DNA of 64,000 nt, taken from Gordius albopunctatus (lineage: Eukaryota). The position numbers were made by a program, and so were the translations under genes. Shown in pieces: positions 62,561 to 64,000 of this stretch (its first letter is position 1; each line of letters opens with the position of its first letter). Under the pieces are notes generated by a model that was not told where the DNA came from, ran no database searches, and saw only the letters and a list, made by a program, of their open reading frames with translations. The stretch spans positions 3,100,001-3,164,000 of the forward strand of contig OZ193910.1 of NCBI GenBank assembly GCA_964276515.1. Reading direction: 5' to 3'.

Positions 62561-64000
62561 ATCTTATATCAGCTATTTTACCTATTTTTTATTTAATAGT
62601 AATTTAATAAATACATATTTCTCAATGTTAGGCACCTTTTCAAATTAAAAAAATAATATTTGTTATCGCTAAATTAATTTTGATAGGTTATTAATTAACC
62701 CTAATTAATGCCCCCCAAAAACATATTCTTGAGAACCCGCTTTCCCCAATAGCTACACTGAAATAAAAATAGATCGAAAAAACTCTCGAGTACCCCCTTC
62801 CCCAATAACTTAATCTTACTTTAATTACTCAACCTTGGAATTTAATGCGTTTTCTGAGGGAAACGGATAAATCGTATAGAGAGGATGACTTTGTAAATTT
62901 TTAAATACTCATTTCTTTATTTCCAATAAATCATCTACAAACTTAATCATTAACAATTAATACAGCGCGCATCATCTTAAATTCACAAAAGGTAATTATT
63001 AATTTAATTTCAATAAAATAATTTGTAATTTAAACTTATTTAAGATTTCGAATCTTCTAGAAAGATAATCCTTTTACGCTATTTTGTTTAAATTCATTTA
63101 GCACTTCTAGCTTAAGCTTAGTTTCTACAGTAAATTCACAAATAGCGACTTAATAAATTCTCTATATTTTTTCCCCTTAAATATCAAAGCCAAAACAAAT
63201 ATTACGCCAAAATAAAGTAAATAAAAATTAAAGAAAAGCCTATTAAGTCTGAATACTCTTGAGGTGCCCGCCTGACCATATACAAGCTGTCGGCAAGGCT
63301 CGGGGTTTTTTATGAGTCAAAGACGGCAATCGTATTTAACAAACATCTGTTACATAACTAATCCGACCAAATATTTATGTTGAATTAATGTTGAATTATT
63401 TAATTACATTTACCTTTAAATATTATAAAAAATTTTGCTAGCTAAAAAAATATGGTTGTTAAAATAAATATATATTGCAGCCATTACATGCTTGAAAGCA
63501 TGATTAGGGCTTAATAAATATACAAGTAATATTTGCCCCAAACCAAGCTTATTTGCTGGGTGCGAGCGATATATACATTTAAACGTTACATTTGATTGAT
63601 ATTATATTTTTCATTATAGATTTGAGAAATGATATTAATTCACTATATTAATGCTTAAAAATAAGCTCGGGTCGCAAATTGCCGGGCGCCATGTTTATGG
63701 CGTATATTAACATTTAATCCCTTTTCATTTTGTTATATAATTAAAGGTTAAACTTATGAAGAAATAATTATTTAAGTTTCTCATTATTCCTTCTTCCATA
63801 GTGCATATTTATTAAGTCAATTAGATCACCATTTTGGGTGAGGTTGGGACGAATTTTTTTTACTTATTAACAAAGATAAAGGCGATGAGGCTCCCAAAAA
63901 AATTTGTTCCGTTCGTGAAGCCCAGGTTTAAATTGCTACCCTTGGTTCAAAATGTCATAAACAAAGATGTTTTGAACGTTAAACTTTGGCAAGAATCTAT

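Overview
This is AT-rich eukaryotic (metazoan, probably invertebrate) genomic DNA with spliceosomal introns and a very high transposon load. It holds two host genes on the + strand: a ~20-exon SIPA1/SIPA1L-family Rap GTPase-activating protein (RapGAP + PDZ + C-terminal coiled coil, ~14.1-31.7 kb) and a BSD-domain gene (BSDC1-like, 57.6-60.4 kb) with 36-39 nt introns. A serpin pseudogene fragment lies near 62.2-62.6 kb. Mobile DNA includes several RTE LINEs, a near-intact Gypsy LTR element, a near-intact Hermes-like hAT transposon, decayed hAT, MULE and CRE elements, Helentron-type non-autonomous elements and many MITEs, often nested 3-4 levels deep. The three most notable observations are: (1) a minimal type-I hammerhead ribozyme in a ~400-bp Penelope/retrozyme-like repeat, in sense orientation inside a SIPA1L intron, with a second copy carrying a G5A core change; (2) a young non-autonomous LTR element with no pol that encodes a hydrophobic-segment + 2x CCHC zinc-knuckle protein, followed in frame after one UGA-C codon by a ~300-codon multi-hydrophobic ORF; (3) a Helentron-type element carrying an unidentified spliced-looking cargo. 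All calls are by eye from the sequence; no database searches were run.
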